Source: Candidatus Heimdallarchaeota archaeon (lineage in GTDB: Archaea; Asgardarchaeota; Heimdallarchaeia; Hodarchaeales; Hodarchaeaceae). From it: a stretch of DNA of 39,464 bases. Below are positions 37,342 to 39,464 of this stretch, one piece after another (the first letter of the stretch is position 1; each line of letters begins with the position of its first letter). The stretch covers positions 1 to 39,464 of the forward strand of contig JBHLSH010000030.1 in the NCBI GenBank assembly GCA_048881705.1, in the 5' to 3' direction. Below the pieces are notes generated by a model. The model was not told the DNA's origin and searched no databases. It saw only the letters and a program-made list of their open reading frames with translations. Both the position numbers and the translations under genes were made by a program.

Positions 37342-38724
37342 TCAAGCTTTATAGGATGGCTGGGCAAGAACGCTTATCAGATTAAATGAAAGTGTTAAAA
37401 TCAGAAAACTTATAGCGATCAGAATAAAATAACCGACTATATTCCACTCTTTCATAATTTTATCAAAGTAGTCTCCAATTGGTAGTAATAAAACCAACAA
37501 GATCCATGTTGCTCCAAAAAATAAGATGAGAACATGATTTTTTAATGGATCCCCCTGTAAAAAAAGTCCAGCAAATGATCCAGGTATTCCCATAACAAGG
37601 ATGGTTATACCAGCAATAATTATTGTTATTCCAGTTGAAATGATTACTCCCATGACGATACCACGCTTGAATTGTCGGTTTAAAACTATTCGATTGGATG
37701 GATCTTGAAAATCTCCCATTCGTAGGATTATTGGTCCGAACCCTCGAATGATAAAAAGCCAAATGATATTAAAAACGATCGTCATAAGGATCCTACTGGA
37801 ATCGAGTCTAAATTTAAGGCGATAGCCGGAAGATCGATAAACAAGAAACGTTGAAAGCCATGTGGGGAGCATGACCAAAGCTGTCAACAACATTCCCATA
37901 AACACTGTGTATAGAAGTTCGGTAGGAAGGTTGGCAGTGCCTGTACCAATAATTGAATACCTGAAGGAATGCCAATAGACGTACACACCAGCTACCAACA
38001 AGAAAGTACCGAGGTAATTAGTCAAATTTGAGACATCATACCCACCAAAATTCCTAGCAAAGAAATTAACGCGTTTTGCCTTGGATTTAACACCAAAGTA
38101 TGTAGAATGGACAATTGTACTTTTTATGGGGAAGATGCTGCGTGATGAGGCTTGACGGAGAGAAGATAAAGGCAGTGAGGCTGGTTCGAAGAAATAGGGG
38201 ACATCGTATTGAAATCCGTTGAAAGGTTTCGTGATCTTCGTTGCTTTCTCTTTCTCGGGAGATAGACTCCCACCACAATAAATGCAATGTCCAGAAGCAG
38301 GGACATTAGGTTTTAGACAATGGGGACATAATAACCGATTTGTATCCTCAGAAACAAGGCCTGAACCACTTTTCTTAATTGTAGCTCCGCAAAAATGGCA
38401 ATATTTGTGGTTTGCTGGTACTTCTTCACGACATAGTGGACACACAACAAATTCAAGGTCTTCTTCCTTGGGGTAATGCTCTCTTTTCGCCAAACTTCCT
38501 TCAGCATCTCTCTGAAGCGGATTTCCACAAGCAATACAGAAAGCTGTGTGCGGCACGTTTCTGTTGCAAAAGGGGCATGGAATCATAGGATTCTTTTCAT
38601 CCGGTTCTTTAGAGATGCTTTGGGCTAGATTGCTTCCGCAGTTCATGCAAAATTTGGCTTCTGGTACCTCTTTTCCGCAGGCAGAGCACTTTGTTACCTT
38701 GAGTCGAGCGTTTTCTTTGGCCAT
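37342..38724 (-). CDS. Zinc-ribbon repeat (8 CxxC) membrane protein
   Basis: CSAC/CMNC, CPFC/CIAC, CPLC/CHFC and CPHC/CIYC, then about 6-7 hydrophobic segments. Confidence 0.85.
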   Translation of the reverse strand: MAKENARLKVTKCSACGKEVPEAKFCMNCGSNLAQSISKEPDEKNPMIPCPFCNRNVPHTAFCIACGNPLQRDAEGSLAKREHYPKEEDLEFVVCPLCREEVPANHKYCHFCGATIKKSGSGLVSEDTNRLLCPHCLKPNVPASGHCIYCGGSLSPEKEKATKITKPFNGFQYDVPYFFEPASLPLSSLRQASSRSIFPIKSTIVHSTYFGVKSKAKRVNFFARNFGGYDVSNLTNYLGTFLLVAGVYVYWHSFRYSIIGTGTANLPTELLYTVFMGMLLTALVMLPTWLSTFLVYRSSGYRLKFRLDSSRILMTIVFNIIWLFIIRGFGPIILRMGDFQDPSNRIVLNRQFKRGIVMGVIISTGITIIIAGITILVMGIPGSFAGLFLQGDPLKNHVLILFFGATWILLVLLLPIGDYFDKIMKEWNIVGYFILIAISFLILTLSFNLISVLAQPSYKA

Positions 38725-38793
38725 AATATGTCTAAATCCTTTTAATCAAAGGAACGAAACTTTCTAGCTAAGACATGAACATAAATGAACTTA

Positions 38794-39258
38794 TTATCGT
38801 GTTAGAAGCGAAAGAATATAGACGAGAAAAAATATCGCTTCGATGAACAAAATTCTCCTATCAGAATAATATGCTTTTAGAAGATGGAGTAAAGGTTTTG
38901 TTCTATATTCATCCTCAAATTTAATGGATAGAAAAGAAAATGAATGGGAGAACATTGGGCCCAATAATATCACCTCCCAATCGAGTGTGTCTACAATAAG
39001 GTGGAGAAAACCTCCCCAAAAAAGCCAAAAGATAGGAAATCTGAGTATCAATGTCAAAATTGTTAAAATGAACCATAAAAATGGGAAATGAGATGGTAAT
39101 CGACGATGGTTAACATTCAATTTTCGAGCAATTATAAAATCCAGATCAGGAGTTAAATTTCCAATTAAGAAGAGAAATGCATCCAGATCATTTATATCAG
39201 GTAAATATATGACATTCAAGAATGTCATTCCGAAAATAAGATGGATGTGGGGAAGCAT
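38794..39258 (-). CDS. Membrane-bound metal-dependent hydrolase (YdjM-like)
   Basis: N-terminal HIH, PDLD, HRRLPSH and HLIVD motifs within hydrophobic helices. Confidence 0.8.
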   Translation of the reverse strand: MLPHIHLIFGMTFLNVIYLPDINDLDAFLFLIGNLTPDLDFIIARKLNVNHRRLPSHFPFLWFILTILTLILRFPIFWLFWGGFLHLIVDTLDWEVILLGPMFSHSFSFLSIKFEDEYRTKPLLHLLKAYYSDRRILFIEAIFFLVYILSLLTR

Positions 39259-39269
39259 TTGCGATAATT

Positions 39270-39276
39270 ACCTCCT
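39270..39276 (-). promoter_or_regulatory. Shine-Dalgarno-like site for 38794-39258
   Basis: AGGAGGT on the minus strand, about 11 nt upstream of the ATG (coordinates approximate). Confidence 0.45.
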
Positions 39277-39464
39277 TGCCAAGCTTTTCCTACCGAGGAT
39301 GAAAATCTTTTCAAATCCAAGTTAGAATGCGGATCGTACGCCTTATGGAGATGAGATCCATCCCCTACCGCAAGATGTTGCAATCGCTTCTGAATAAACG
39401 CGAAATAATCGGATGCTTCATTCTAAATCCTAATGGGCACATATGGTGGCATACTGGTGTTTTT

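Noticed and set aside
39365-39463. Minus-strand edge fragment KTPVCHHMCPLGFRM..., possibly the end of an Fe-S protein
   Set aside because: Only 32 codons at the window edge; a single CxxxCP motif is insufficient.
1-39464. CRISPR arrays, tRNA/rRNA genes, transposases and integrases
   Set aside because: No regularly spaced repeats, cloverleafs, GC-rich structural RNA blocks or recombinase motifs were seen by eye; tRNAscan-SE and Infernal were not run.

Overview
AT-rich archaeal chromosomal window with about 37 credible CDS and no rRNA, tRNA, CRISPR array or mobile element that I can support. An Asgard archaeon (perhaps Heimdallarchaeia/Hodarchaeales-like) is inferred from the longin-like domains, the archaeal histone fold and the PAS-rich signalling proteins; this is not proven. 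Housekeeping genes include pyrG, thyX, serK, an M32 carboxypeptidase, a class I/II aminotransferase, an amidase, a DSD1-family PLP enzyme, an amidohydrolase and an MBL hydrolase. Highlights: (1) a histone fold fused to a longin-like domain and an H1-like basic tail (7758-8834), in a locus with a catalytically degenerate Mrr-like nuclease fold, a type IIG-like DNA methyltransferase with a degenerate nuclease region, and a PAS-PAS histidine kinase abutting that methyltransferase; (2) two tandem paralogues, each with two longin-like domains and a C-terminal amphipathic helix, resembling a heterodimeric longin GEF module (32247-34338); (3) three orphan DNA methyltransferases, one with a C-terminal HhH domain; (4) a MoaD/SAMP ubiquitin-like protein with a masked di-glycine; (5) a degenerate prenyltransferase near a geranylgeranyl-reductase-like remnant. 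All domain calls come from motif recognition by eye; no searches were run.
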